From an uncultured Chloroflexia bacterium (GTDB lineage: Bacteria; Chloroflexota; Limnocylindria; Limnocylindrales; CSP1-4), in assembly GCA_963833225.1 (NCBI GenBank), contig CAWHXD010000008.1, forward strand, positions 512,001 to 576,000: a DNA stretch of 64,000 nucleotides, written 5' to 3'. Every line of letters begins with the position of its first letter. The first letter of the stretch is position 1. Shown here one piece after another: positions 40,609 through 50,393 of this stretch. A program made the translations under genes and the position numbers. A model generated the notes under the pieces. That model saw only the letters and a program-made list of their open reading frames with translations, was not told where the DNA came from and did no database searches.

Positions 40609-42614
40609 GCGGGCCGATGGGCCGCCCCATGGGTCCCGGCTCCGGCCGGCCCCGGCCCGGCAGCGGTCCCGGAAGCGGGCCTCCCCACATGGCGATGATG
40701 ATGCCCACCGCAAAGGCATCGAACTTCCGGGCATCGTTCATCCGGCTGATGCGCGAGCTCGGCCCGGAGCGGCTGCTGGTGGGAACGGTGTTCCTCCTGG
40801 GCGTCGTCAGCGTGTTCCTCGTGATCATCGGGCCCAAGATCCTGGGCGAAGCGACGAACGTCATCTTCGAGGGCGTCGTCGGCGTCCAGCTGGGCAAGAT
40901 CCCGGGCGTCGAGAACCTCTCGATCGACCAGATCGTCGCCGGGCTCCGCGCCCAGGGCCAGACCAACATGGCGGACATGCTGGCCTCGATGCCCAACGTG
41001 GTGCCCGGCCAGGGCATCGATTTCGGTCGCCTGACGCCCATCCTTGGGATCGTAGCCGGGATCTACGTGGCCAGCTCGCTGTTCAGCTGGGCCCAGAGCT
41101 ACATCATGGCCGGCGTCACCCAGCGGACCGTCTACCGGCTCCGTGGCCGCATCGACCACAAGCTCGGCCGGCTGCCGCTGGCGTACTTCGACCGCGAGAG
41201 CCGCGGCGACATCCTGTCGCGCGTGACCAACGACATCGACAACATCAGCCAGACGCTCCAGCAGAGCCTGACGCAGCTGATCACCTCGCTGCTCACCGTG
41301 GTCGGCGTGCTGATCATGATGCTCACCATCAGCCCGATCCTGGCGGCCATCTCCCTGCTCGCGGTGCCGGCCTCGATGGCCGTCGCGATGGTGATCGCGA
41401 AGCGGTCCCAGAAGGAGTTCGCCGCCCAGTGGGAGCGGACGGGCAACCTGAACGGCCACATCGAGGAAATGCACACCGGGCACGCCATCGTGAAGCTGTT
41501 CGGCCACCAGGACGAGGCGATCACCGAGTTCGATCGCCGCAACCAGGAGCTCTACCAGGCCAGCTACCGGGCACAGTTCCTGTCCGGGATGATCCAGCCG
41601 GCCATGACCTTCATCTCCAACCTCAACTACGTGGCGATCGCGGTCATCGGCGGTGTGCGCGTGGCCACCGGCACGTTGAGCCTGGGCGACGTCCAGGCGT
41701 TCATCCAGTACAGCCGCCAGTTCACGATGCCGATCATCCAGACCGCATCGATCGCGAACGTCCTCCAGAGCGCGGTCGCCTCCGCGGAGCGCGTGTTCGA
41801 GCTCCTCGATGAGCCCGAGGAGATCCCCGACCCGCGCCCCGCCACGGTCATCGTCGAGCCGGCTGCCGGTCGCGTGACCTTCGAATCGATCTCGTTCCGC
41901 TACGAGCCGGACAAGCCGCTGATCGACGATCTCTCGCTCGCGGTGGAGCCCGGCCAGACCGTGGCGATCGTCGGCCCGACGGGCGCCGGCAAGACCACGC
42001 TCGTCAACCTGCTCATGCGCTTCTACGACGTGCAGGGCGGCCGGATCACGGTCGACGGCATCGAGACACGCGAGGCAACCAGGGACAACCTGCGCCGGAC
42101 GTTCGGGATGGTGCTCCAGGATGCGTGGCTGTTCAACGGCACCATCCGGGAGAACATGGTGTATGGAGCCGAGGGCGAGGTCCCGGAGGAAGCGTTCCTC
42201 GCAGCCGCAGAGGCCGCCCACGTGGACCACTTCGTGCGGACGCTCCCCGATGCCTACGAGACCGTGCTGGACGACGAGGCCTCGAACGTGTCCGCGGGCG
42301 AGAAGCAGCTCCTGACCATCGCCCGGGCGTTCCTGGCCAACCCGCCGATCCTCATCCTCGATGAGGCGACGAGCTCCGTGGACACCCGCACCGAGGTGCT
42401 GATCCAGCGCGCGATGTCCAGGCTCATGAAGGGCCGGACCTCGTTCGTGATCGCGCACCGCCTGTCGACGATCCGCGACGCCGACATCATCCTCGTGATG
42501 AACGAGGGCAGCATCGTGGAGCAGGGCACGCACCAGGACCTGCTCGCGGCCAACGGCTTCTACCACGAGCTGTACGCGAGCCAGTTCGAGGAAGCGCTCG
42601 ACCCGGTGGCATAA
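40605..42614 (+). CDS. Heterodimeric ABC exporter subunit (TM288-like)
   Basis: TMD plus NBD with GPTGAGKTT, SAGEKQ, LDEATSSVD and AHRLST. Confidence 0.93.
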   Translation: MSGPMGRPMGPGSGRPRPGSGPGSGPPHMAMMMPTAKASNFRASFIRLMRELGPERLLVGTVFLLGVVSVFLVIIGPKILGEATNVIFEGVVGVQLGKIPGVENLSIDQIVAGLRAQGQTNMADMLASMPNVVPGQGIDFGRLTPILGIVAGIYVASSLFSWAQSYIMAGVTQRTVYRLRGRIDHKLGRLPLAYFDRESRGDILSRVTNDIDNISQTLQQSLTQLITSLLTVVGVLIMMLTISPILAAISLLAVPASMAVAMVIAKRSQKEFAAQWERTGNLNGHIEEMHTGHAIVKLFGHQDEAITEFDRRNQELYQASYRAQFLSGMIQPAMTFISNLNYVAIAVIGGVRVATGTLSLGDVQAFIQYSRQFTMPIIQTASIANVLQSAVASAERVFELLDEPEEIPDPRPATVIVEPAAGRVTFESISFRYEPDKPLIDDLSLAVEPGQTVAIVGPTGAGKTTLVNLLMRFYDVQGGRITVDGIETREATRDNLRRTFGMVLQDAWLFNGTIRENMVYGAEGEVPEEAFLAAAEAAHVDHFVRTLPDAYETVLDDEASNVSAGEKQLLTIARAFLANPPILILDEATSSVDTRTEVLIQRAMSRLMKGRTSFVIAHRLSTIRDADIILVMNEGSIVEQGTHQDLLAANGFYHELYASQFEEALDPVA

Positions 42615-42620
42615 GGCCTC

Positions 42621-42718
42621 GGCCCGGGCTCGCCGCGGGACTCGCCGCCCGACGCGGGACTCGGCCCTGGGCCCGGGCTCGCCGCGGGACTCGCCGCCCG
42701 ACGCGGGACTCGGCCCTG
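42621..42718. repeat. 49-bp perfect tandem duplication
   Basis: GGCCCGGGCTCGCCGCGGGACTCGCCGCCCGACGCGGGACTCGGCCCTG at 42621 and 42670. Partial third copy near 42740. Confidence 0.88.
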
Positions 42719-42800
42719 GGCCTGGCTGCGGCGGGCCTAGACTCGCCGCCCAACGCGGGACTCGGCGCCCAGCGGCCGCTGTCGGCCATCGGCCGCTGTC

Positions 42801-43088
42801 GGCCAGATTCAGGTGAGGTGCGCACGATCCGTCTCTTCGCGGCCGTTCATGGCCAGATTCAGGTGAGGTGCGCACTATCGCGTGCCGATCGCCCTCAGGG
42901 CGGCCAGATTCTTGCGAGGTGCGCCTTCGGCCAGCTACAGGCGGCCCAACACGCACTCCATCGGAATCTGGCCGCTTCGGAACCGCGGCGGCACAGGGCA
43001 TGAGCACGACCGCGGACCAGGTGGGCGCAATCCGTTCCCAGCGTCCGGCCAGATGCCCGCGGGATGCGCACCTGGTCTGAATCTGGCC
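42801..43088. repeat. REP-like array of GGCCAGATTC-N5-AGGTGCGC units
   Basis: Direct copies at 42801, 42851, 42902 and a degenerate one at 43047. Inverted copies end at about 42973 and 43088. Confidence 0.8.
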
Positions 43089-43118
43089 TGCTGCGCCCAC
43101 CCGGCGAGTGGATCCGCG

Positions 43119-43181
43119 GGGAACCGGGGTCGAGGCGGGAACCGGGGTCGAGGCGGGAACCGGGGTCGAGGCGGGAACCGG
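43119..43181. repeat. 18-bp tandem repeat x3.5
   Basis: GGGAACCGGGGTCGAGGC at 43119, 43137 and 43155, partial at 43173. Confidence 0.88.
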
Positions 43182-43364
43182 CTGTCGCCTGACCCGGAGG
43201 CCTGTCTGCCGGTCGGGACCCACGACCTGCCGCCTCAGGACCAGCAGCCCTTCCTGCTGATCCACGGCCGAACCACGATTGACTTGGAGCCTCGACCCGA
43301 GCATCGGCGACGGGCGCGGTGGGGCGACACCGCGCGGTGCCGCGGCAGACAGGGGTGTGGACGC

Positions 43365-44282
43365 GTGCCGAACCTGGTGATCGAGGCAACCGGCCTCACC
43401 AAGTCCTATGGATCGCGACGCGGCATCGAGGATGTCACGTTCGCGGTCGAGGAAGGCCGGGCGTTCGGCTTCCTCGGCCCCAACGGGGCGGGCAAGACAA
43501 CCACGATCCGCGTCCTGCTCGGGTTCCTGCGGCCAACCGGGGGCACGGCCCGCCTGTTCGGGGCCGACGCGTTCGCGATGGCCCCGAGCCTCCACGCGAA
43601 CGTGGCCTACCTCGGCTCGGACCCGGGGTTCCTCGGCGAGCTGACCGGCGCCGAGCAGCTGGACTACCTCGCGAAGCTCCGGGGCCTGCCGCGACGAGCC
43701 TGGGCCCGTCTCGCGGAGCGGCTGGAGCTGGATCCCACGGTCCGGATCCGCCGCCTCAGCCGCGGCAACCGCCAGAAGATCGGCGTCGTCGCGGCGTTCA
43801 TGGGCACGGAGCCGCTGCTCGTCCTCGACGAGCCGACCAACGGCCTGGACCCGCTCATGCAGCGCGAGTTCCTCGCCCTCCTCGCCGATGCCCGCGAGGA
43901 TGGCCGCACCGTGTTCCTCTCGAGCCACAACCTGGTCGAGGTCGAGCGGGCGTGCGACGAGGTCGCCATCATCCGTGACGGCCACATCGTCGAGATCACG
44001 AACGTCTCGGACCTCCTCGCTTCGCACTGGCGCTCGATCAACCTCGTGCTCGCGAGGCCGGCACGCGCCGCCGACTTCGAGCTGCCCAACGTCGAGATCG
44101 CCGCGCTCACGGGCCGCGAGGTCCACCTGATGGTCCGGGGCGACATCAACCCGCTGCTGGCGCGCATCGCCGCCCACGAGGTTGCCGACATCGCGATCAC
44201 GACCCCGGACGTCGAGGACCTGTTCCTCCGCCAGTACCGCGAGCCCGGCAGTCCCACGGTCCGCGAGGAGGTGCGGGCATGA
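43365..44282 (+). CDS. ABC transporter ATP-binding protein
   Basis: GPNGAGKTT, LSRGNRQK, LDEPT.GLDP and SSHNL.EV motifs. Confidence 0.92.
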   Translation: MPNLVIEATGLTKSYGSRRGIEDVTFAVEEGRAFGFLGPNGAGKTTTIRVLLGFLRPTGGTARLFGADAFAMAPSLHANVAYLGSDPGFLGELTGAEQLDYLAKLRGLPRRAWARLAERLELDPTVRIRRLSRGNRQKIGVVAAFMGTEPLLVLDEPTNGLDPLMQREFLALLADAREDGRTVFLSSHNLVEVERACDEVAIIRDGHIVEITNVSDLLASHWRSINLVLARPARAADFELPNVEIAALTGREVHLMVRGDINPLLARIAAHEVADIAITTPDVEDLFLRQYREPGSPTVREEVRA

Positions 44283-45073
44283 CCGCACTCCGGATGGAGC
44301 TGCGTCGCAACCGCTCGCTCGTGGTCGCGCTCGCGGTCGGCATGGGGGCATACGGCGCGATCATGGGCGCCATGTACCCGTTCATGGTCGAGAACGACGC
44401 CATCTTCACCTCCTACATGGAGGCGTTCCCGCAGGAGTTCCTGGCCGCCTTCGGGATGACCGGGGGGCTCAGCGATCCCGGCGTGTTCTTCACCACCTAC
44501 ATCGCATCGTGGCTGTGGCCGATCACGGCCGCTGCCGTCGCGCTGCTGCTGGGCACCCGAGTCGCCGTGGACCTGGACCGCGGCTTCCTCGACCTCCCAC
44601 TGGCCACGCCCGTGTCCCGGATCCGGTACCTGGCCGGGTCGATCGTCGGTCAGGCCGTCGCGATGGCGCTCGTCGCAGCCGCGACGGTCGGCGCGCTGTG
44701 GGTGGTCGGGATCGTAGCTGGCGCCGCCTTCGAGCCCGGGCGCTTCTTCCTCGCCGGAGTCATGTGCTGGCTCTTCGGGTGTGCCATCGCCGGCGTCACG
44801 ACCCTGTTCGCGGTCGCCACCCTGAGCCGCGGTCGTGCGGCCGGAATCGTGAGCGCCATCCTGATCGCGATGTACCTCGTGTTCGTGGTCTCCCAGATCA
44901 GCACCGACTGGTCGTGGCTTGCCCCCGTGAGCGCGTGGAACCATTTCCGGGCCACGGAGCTCATCGACGATGGCGTCCTTCCGGCCGGTGACGTCGCCCT
45001 GTTCACGGGTATCGCGCTCGCGGGCTGGGCCGCTGCGCTGGTTGCATTCCGAAGGCGGGACCTGGCCGCCTGA
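44279..45073 (+). CDS. ABC-2 family permease
   Basis: Six TM helices, G.LDL.LA.PVSR motif, ends FRRRDL. Confidence 0.88.
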   Translation: MTALRMELRRNRSLVVALAVGMGAYGAIMGAMYPFMVENDAIFTSYMEAFPQEFLAAFGMTGGLSDPGVFFTTYIASWLWPITAAAVALLLGTRVAVDLDRGFLDLPLATPVSRIRYLAGSIVGQAVAMALVAAATVGALWVVGIVAGAAFEPGRFFLAGVMCWLFGCAIAGVTTLFAVATLSRGRAAGIVSAILIAMYLVFVVSQISTDWSWLAPVSAWNHFRATELIDDGVLPAGDVALFTGIALAGWAAALVAFRRRDLAA

Positions 45074-45102
45074 CGCCCGCTCGCGCCGAAGCCGACGCGC
45101 GG

Positions 45103-47131
45103 CTAGGAGCTCCCCGGAGACGTCGCTTCCAGCACGGCGAGGATCTCGTCGCCGTATGCCTCGATCTTTGCCGGGCCCATGCCCTTGACCCGGCGCAGCG
45201 CCGCGAGCGACCGCGGCCGTGCCTCGGCGATGGCGGCCAGGGTCGCGTCGTGGGCGACGACATAGGGCGGGGTGGCGAGCGCCCGCGCCTTCGCCGTGCG
45301 CCAGCCACGGAGCGCCTCGTACACCGGATCCCCGGAGGCGCCGGGCCGGGTACGGGTGCGGGCCTCGAGCTCGGCGGCCTGGCCGGTCGGGGGCAGCTGG
45401 CGGATCCGGGTGCCCGGTCGCGGACGCAGGTCGAGCAGGAAGCGGCTCGGCTCGCGCTTGACCTCCCGGCCGCGGGTCTCGCGGCGTTCCGCCCACGAGA
45501 GCGCGAGGTGAGCGCGGGCACGGGTGATGCCGACATACAGCAGCCGGCGCTCCTCGGCAAGCGCGGCATCATCGTCCTTCGCCTGGCGGATGGGCAGGAT
45601 CCCCTCCTCCAGGCTGGGCAGGAACACCGCGTCCCACTCGAGCCCCTTGGCCCGGTGGTAGGTCAGCAGGTTCACGCCGTCGGCCGAGCCCGCCCGCTCG
45701 TGTGCCGCGCGGGCCTCCAGGTCACCGATCACGGCGGCCACGTCCGCCGCCGGGTCCCCGGCCACCAGCCCGTCGACGATCGCGACCAGGGTGTCCAGCG
45801 ACGCCTGGCGCTCGCGGGCCTCATCGCCCTCGGGAGCCGCATCCGCCTCCCAGCCGAGCGCTTCGGCCCAGCGGGCACGGATGGCGGCCGCCAGCTCGAT
45901 CCCGTGCGCGTCGATGGCCGGGCGTCGCAGCCCGATCACCGCCGCGCGAACCTCGGGCCGGTCGTAGAAGCGCATGCCCCGGACCTGGTAGGCGATCCCC
46001 GCGCGGGTCAGCCCCTCCTCGACCGGGGCCAGCTGGGCGTTCATCCGCACCAGGACGGCGATCTCCCCGGGTGCGATCCCCTCGTCGAGGCGGGCGCGGA
46101 TCCAGGTCGTCATCGCGGCCAGCTCCCGGGCCGCGTCCCGGTGCTTCGAGATCGTCGGCAGCGGGCCGTCGGGGCGCGTGGGGACCAGGCGCTTGGCACG
46201 CCCCTCGGCCGCGATCAGCCGGTTGGCGAGCTCCAGGACCTGCGGCGTGGACCGGTAGTTGCGGTCCAGCGGCAGCACGCGGGCGTCCGGCCAGCGGGTC
46301 GCGAACGAGGTCAGGAACGTCGAGGTCGCACCCGTGAACGTGTAGATCGTCTGGTCCTCGTCGCCCACGACGCACAGGTCCCGGCTGTCGGGTCCCAGCC
46401 ACAGCTCCAGGAGCCGCTGCTGGAGGGGGTTCGTGTCCTGGTACTCGTCCACGCTGAACCAGCGCTTGCGCGCGCGGACGGTCGCCGCGGCCTCGCTCGT
46501 CGGTCTCGAGCAGGTCGCCGGTCCAGAGGAGGAGGTCGTCGAAGTCGATCCGGTGCTGGCGGGCCTTCTCGCGCTCGTAGCCCCGATAGACACGGACGAA
46601 CAGGTCGGCAGGGATCGGCGGCTCGCGGCGGTGGCCCGTGGCCCCGGTCTCGTAGTCGCCGGGGGCGATGCGGCGCGACTTCGCCCACTCGATCTCGTCG
46701 GCGAGGTCCTTGGCGGGCGTGAACCGATAGTGCCCCGGCAGCTGGCGCGCGAGCCGGCTCACGATCAGCCCCTTGGAGTCGAGCAGGCCGGGAAGCGGTT
46801 CGCCGTCGTGACGGAGCGGCCAGAAGAACCGGAGCTGGCTCAGGGCATGGGCGTGGAAGGTCCGTGCCGTGACACCCGGCAAGCCGAGGGTCCTCAGCCG
46901 CTCGACCATCTCGCCCGCGGCCTTCTCGGTGAAGGTGACGATCAGCACCTGGTCCGCCGGGACGACGTCGGTCCCGATCGCGTAGGCGGCTCGCCGGCTG
47001 ATCACGCGCGTCTTGCCGGAGCCCGCGCCCGCGAGGATCGCGACCGGCCCGCTCGTGGCGAGGACGGCGTCTCGCTGCTCCGGGTCCAGGTCGGCGAGGA
47101 GCTGCTCGGGTTCGAGGCGCGTCCGGGTCAC
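45103..47131 (-). CDS. uvrD2: ATP-dependent DNA helicase UvrD2 with HRDC domain (frameshift near 46497)
   Basis: AGAGSGKT, VDEYQD, VGDEDQTIY, NYRS, YHRAKGLEW, YVGITRA and HRDC PPYVVAHD. The halves join on removing one base. Confidence 0.9.
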
Positions 47132-47208
47132 CGCCCGAGGCTAGCAGGGCTGGCTTTGGCGCGGCTTACGAACCGGGCGGGATGTGGTGCCAGGGGTTCG
47201 ATCGCGGC

Positions 47209-47751
47209 TCAGTGCCCCACGTTGGCCCAGTAGCGGCGCAGGCAGATGTCCGCTTCGTGCTCCGCACGAGCAAGGTCGTCGCGGCAGGCCTCGAGCCACG
47301 ACTCCGTGGCGAACAGCCACGCCAGCGCAAACGGCGGGAGCGCCATCACCACCCAGGTCGCGGCCGCCGCCGGATCCGCATCCGTGATCCGCGGCCAGAG
47401 CAGCAGCGCCAGCGCGAGGAGCAGGCCCACCGGCACCCAGCCGGCGATGATGAGGCTCAGCATGGCGTCGTCGCCGTCGATGTCCTTCGCGCGCTCCCAG
47501 GCACGCTCGCGCGCCTCGTCCGGTGGCCGCCCATGCAGCCGCTGCGATCCCCGGATCCAGGTCCCGTAGCCGAGAAGCAGGCCGAAGGCAGCCCAGGCGA
47601 TCCTGTTGCAGGCCTCCTCGCCCGGGTCCGCCACGAGCGGCCACAGGGCGAGCAGCACCAGGGCGCCCACGAGCGCGACGCCACGGCCCATCACGCCGGC
47701 CAGCGCCGCTCGCACAGGTGCCTCGACCGCGGAACGCGGGTCGCTGTCCAT
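47209..47751 (-). CDS. Hypothetical 4-TM membrane protein
   Basis: Hydrophobic segments. GACACT -10 box 6 nt before ATG. Confidence 0.65.
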   Translation of the reverse strand: MDSDPRSAVEAPVRAALAGVMGRGVALVGALVLLALWPLVADPGEEACNRIAWAAFGLLLGYGTWIRGSQRLHGRPPDEARERAWERAKDIDGDDAMLSLIIAGWVPVGLLLALALLLWPRITDADPAAAATWVVMALPPFALAWLFATESWLEACRDDLARAEHEADICLRRYWANVGH

Positions 47752-47809
47752 CGCCGGAGTGTCGGCCCTGCGCGATGCCATCCGCACGGGCCGATGGTGG
47801 TCCCCCGAC

Positions 47810-49144
47810 CGGGGCGGTTGGCCCGATCGCTACCCGCGTCCGCGCGGCCCGCACCGCAACCGAGCGTTCGCGCGGTGCCGCCGGTTGTCCGGTGGTCCGC
47901 GCGCCGGGCGCCGCCGGTGGTCCGCGCGCCGGCCCAACCGTCCGCCAGAGCCAACAAGTTGACCGCCGACCGAGGCGTTCGTCGGCCAGGACAGCTCCCC
48001 ACGGAACGAACGTGCCGCCCGCCGGACCAGGTGTCCGTTGCGCCCGACCGTTGATCCGGCGCGCGGCGCGGCAGCGGGACCGGACGCCGCGTCTCCCCGT
48101 CCCACCAGCCGACTCAGACGAGGAGGATGCCGCTGAGTGGCGGGATCCGACCCGCCCGCAGCGCTCGAGCCACAGCGGCGCCGTCGAGCGGAAACTGGGA
48201 CCGAAGAGCCTCGCGGTGTTCTGCGAGGATCCGGCGGTTGTGGGCCGTGTCGTTCACGACGAGGATGACGACCCCGCTGCCTGGATCGTCCCGCTGCTTG
48301 ATCGAGATGCGCCGCGAGAGCGCCTGTGCGTCGAGGATCTTCGACTCGCCCTCGATCGACGCCGTGGCACCCCCATCCGAGATCCGCCCATCCCACGCCC
48401 GAAGGTCGCCGGGAGCTGGGAGCGGAACCTCCCGCCTGAGCCGGAGCGGTGATCCGAGCATCGCGACGAAGCGATCCAGCAGAGCGAGCTGCGCCCGGTC
48501 CCGGATCCGCTCGCCCGATGGATACAGCGAGAGTGCCGGGGTCAGCCCAACCGCTCGAGCGGCGCGACACAGCAACTCCATCGGCGGGGCCGAAAGCTCG
48601 CGCCGGACCAGCCGGCCCCATCGTGAAGGCGAGACCCCGGCACGACGAGCGGCGGCGCTGCGGCTGATCCCGTGGATGACCCGTGCAGTCTCGATCTCGC
48701 GCACGGCGAACTCGACCAGGCGCCGAGCATCCTCGACACCCACGTCCATCGGGCGTGCTCGAGTTCCCATGGCGCAACCATGACAGGCGCCCGTCATCGC
48801 GGACTTATGCGGGCGGGCCCCAGGACTGCGGTGTCGTGCCCACGACCTGGCGCCTGGGGACCCTCCGCTCGACGATCTCGAGCTCGCCGCGCTCAGCGGT
48901 CCGTCCTCGCTCCTCTCAGCGGTCCAACCGTCCGCTCGGACCAACGTGCGTGCCGGTCATCGACCCGACCGTCACCTGAGCGCGGTCCTGAGCCATCAGA
49001 TGTGGCGCCGGGAGACGCAAACGTCGCCGCCGACCGACCGTTGAGCCGCGGGAGGAGGCGGAGGCGGAGGCGGAGGCGGAGCGGTGGGGGGGGAGCGACG
49101 GACGAAGCCGCGGGGCGGTTGGCCCGATCGCTACCCGCGTCCGC
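47810..49144. mobile_element. Putative inserted cassette bounded by perfect 34-bp direct repeats, carrying an HTH-nuclease-like gene
   Basis: CGGGGCGGTTGGCCCGATCGCTACCCGCGTCCGC at 47810-47843 and 49111-49144. Two degenerate 121-bp units at 47934-48054 and 48924-49044 flank the gene. Confidence 0.6.
48114..48770 (-). CDS. XRE-type HTH fused to PD-(D/E)XK-like (Vsr/DUF559-like) nuclease domain
   Basis: ARVIHGISRSAAARRAGVSPSRWGRL HTH, then REV...RAWD...IEGESK..DAQA putative catalytic pattern. CATGGT -10 box 6 nt before ATG. Confidence 0.7.
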   Translation of the reverse strand: MGTRARPMDVGVEDARRLVEFAVREIETARVIHGISRSAAARRAGVSPSRWGRLVRRELSAPPMELLCRAARAVGLTPALSLYPSGERIRDRAQLALLDRFVAMLGSPLRLRREVPLPAPGDLRAWDGRISDGGATASIEGESKILDAQALSRRISIKQRDDPGSGVVILVVNDTAHNRRILAEHREALRSQFPLDGAAVARALRAGRIPPLSGILLV

Positions 49145-50057
49145 CCACCAACCGGGCCATCGTCGTGAGCCTCCGGACCTCTCCGTCGGCCAGCTCGAGA
49201 TCGGCGGCCGCGACATTCTCCTCGAGTTGCTCGACCGTGCGGGCGCCGGGGATGGCGATCGTATTGGGGTGCGCGAGAACCCAGGCAAGCGACACCTGCG
49301 CAGGCGTGGCGCCGTACGCCGTCGCCACTTCCCCGATCACATCGCGGAGCGCGTCGATGCCCGGCCGCCGGCTGGCCATCCTGCCCTGCGGCCGCGCGAA
49401 CCGGCTGCTTCCGGGCATGGTCGTCCGACCCGCGAGCACTCCCTGGCCCAGCGGCGAGTAGGCCACCACCGCCCGCCCGTTGGCAGCCGCCCACGGGACG
49501 AGATCGTCGGCAGGTTCAGGAGCGGCCAGCGAGAACTGCACCTCGTTCGCCACGACGTGCCCCCGCAGGGCGCGTTCCGACTCCTGCCACTGGGCGAGCG
49601 TGAAGTTCGACACGCCGGCATGACGCACGATCCCCTCCTCCACCAGCGGCCGGACCGACTGCATCACGCGCCGCGCGGACACGAACGGGTTCTTCCAGTG
49701 GACGTAGAGCAGGTCGATCGCGTCGGTACGCAGCCGCCGCCGAGACCCGTTGACCTGCCAGGCGACGATCTGCTCGATCGGGGCGATCGGGGTGAACTTG
49801 GTCGCGACCAGGAGCCCCGCGCGGAGCTCGGCCGGCAGGGATGCCAGCGCCTCCCCGATGATCCGCTCGGAGCGGGCCGGGCCGTACCCCTCGGCCGTGT
49901 CGAGCATCGTGATCCCGAGCTCCGCTGCCCGCCGGATCAACGCAGGCGCCGTGACGTTGGCGTATTCCTCGCCGTAGCCCCACTCCCGGGTTCCCATCTG
50001 CCAGGTGCCCAGCCCGATGCGGGAGAGCCGCATCCCCTCGATCTCGATATAGCGCAT
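49131..50057 (-). CDS. Aldo/keto reductase
   Basis: GLGTWQ, DTAEGYG, VATK, IDLLYVHW, GVSNF, AYSPL and IPGA motifs. Confidence 0.93.
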   Translation of the reverse strand: MRYIEIEGMRLSRIGLGTWQMGTREWGYGEEYANVTAPALIRRAAELGITMLDTAEGYGPARSERIIGEALASLPAELRAGLLVATKFTPIAPIEQIVAWQVNGSRRRLRTDAIDLLYVHWKNPFVSARRVMQSVRPLVEEGIVRHAGVSNFTLAQWQESERALRGHVVANEVQFSLAAPEPADDLVPWAAANGRAVVAYSPLGQGVLAGRTTMPGSSRFARPQGRMASRRPGIDALRDVIGEVATAYGATPAQVSLAWVLAHPNTIAIPGARTVEQLEENVAAADLELADGEVRRLTTMARLVGGRG

Positions 50058-50131
50058 GACGGGAGTGTAGGTTCGATCGCCGAAGTGCTCTGTGACAGAC
50101 AGGTGGCACGGGCTCGCGCGATCATCACGCT

Positions 50132-50362
50132 ATGCACTGGCCGTTTCGGCGCCGGGACCCCGCTCCCGAACCACGCCGCCCCCACGCCCGCCCTGTCCTC
50201 CACGACCGTGTCGACGACGGCGTCTTCCCCGTGTTCGTGTGCTCCACGTGTGGCCGGACCGACCTGCCGGAAACCGGCGACTGGGACCCGCCGATCTGCG
50301 AGGAGTGCGACGCCGCCATCAACTTCGACGCGCTCACGATGGAGATGGACGACAGCGATTGA
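50132..50362 (+). CDS. Small CxxC-CxxC zinc-ribbon protein
   Basis: CSTC...CEEC in a 76-aa ORF with an acidic C-terminus. Confidence 0.55.
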   Translation: MHWPFRRRDPAPEPRRPHARPVLHDRVDDGVFPVFVCSTCGRTDLPETGDWDPPICEECDAAINFDALTMEMDDSD

Positions 50363-50391
50363 CTCATGAGGATGAGCCGTCTAGGCTCATC
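50359..50391 (+). promoter_or_regulatory. Leaderless TA promoter with operator palindrome
   Basis: TTGACT-17bp-TAGGCT, 6 nt before ATG 50394. GATGAGCC-N5-GGCTCATC inverted repeat overlaps the -10 box. Confidence 0.7.
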
Positions 50392-50393
50392 TT

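Noticed and set aside
42801-42924. CRISPR array
   Set aside because: Only two identical repeats plus variants, copies occur in both orientations, no AT-rich leader and no cas genes in the window. Treated as a REP-like array.
46490-46505. Programmed ribosomal frameshifting in uvrD2 and the other split genes
   Set aside because: No slippery heptamers, and the genes are unrelated. Sequencing error is simpler.
47810-49144. Classical IS element or prophage att pair
   Set aside because: No transposase or integrase motif, no terminal inverted repeats at the ends, and no tRNA target. Kept as an unclassified element.
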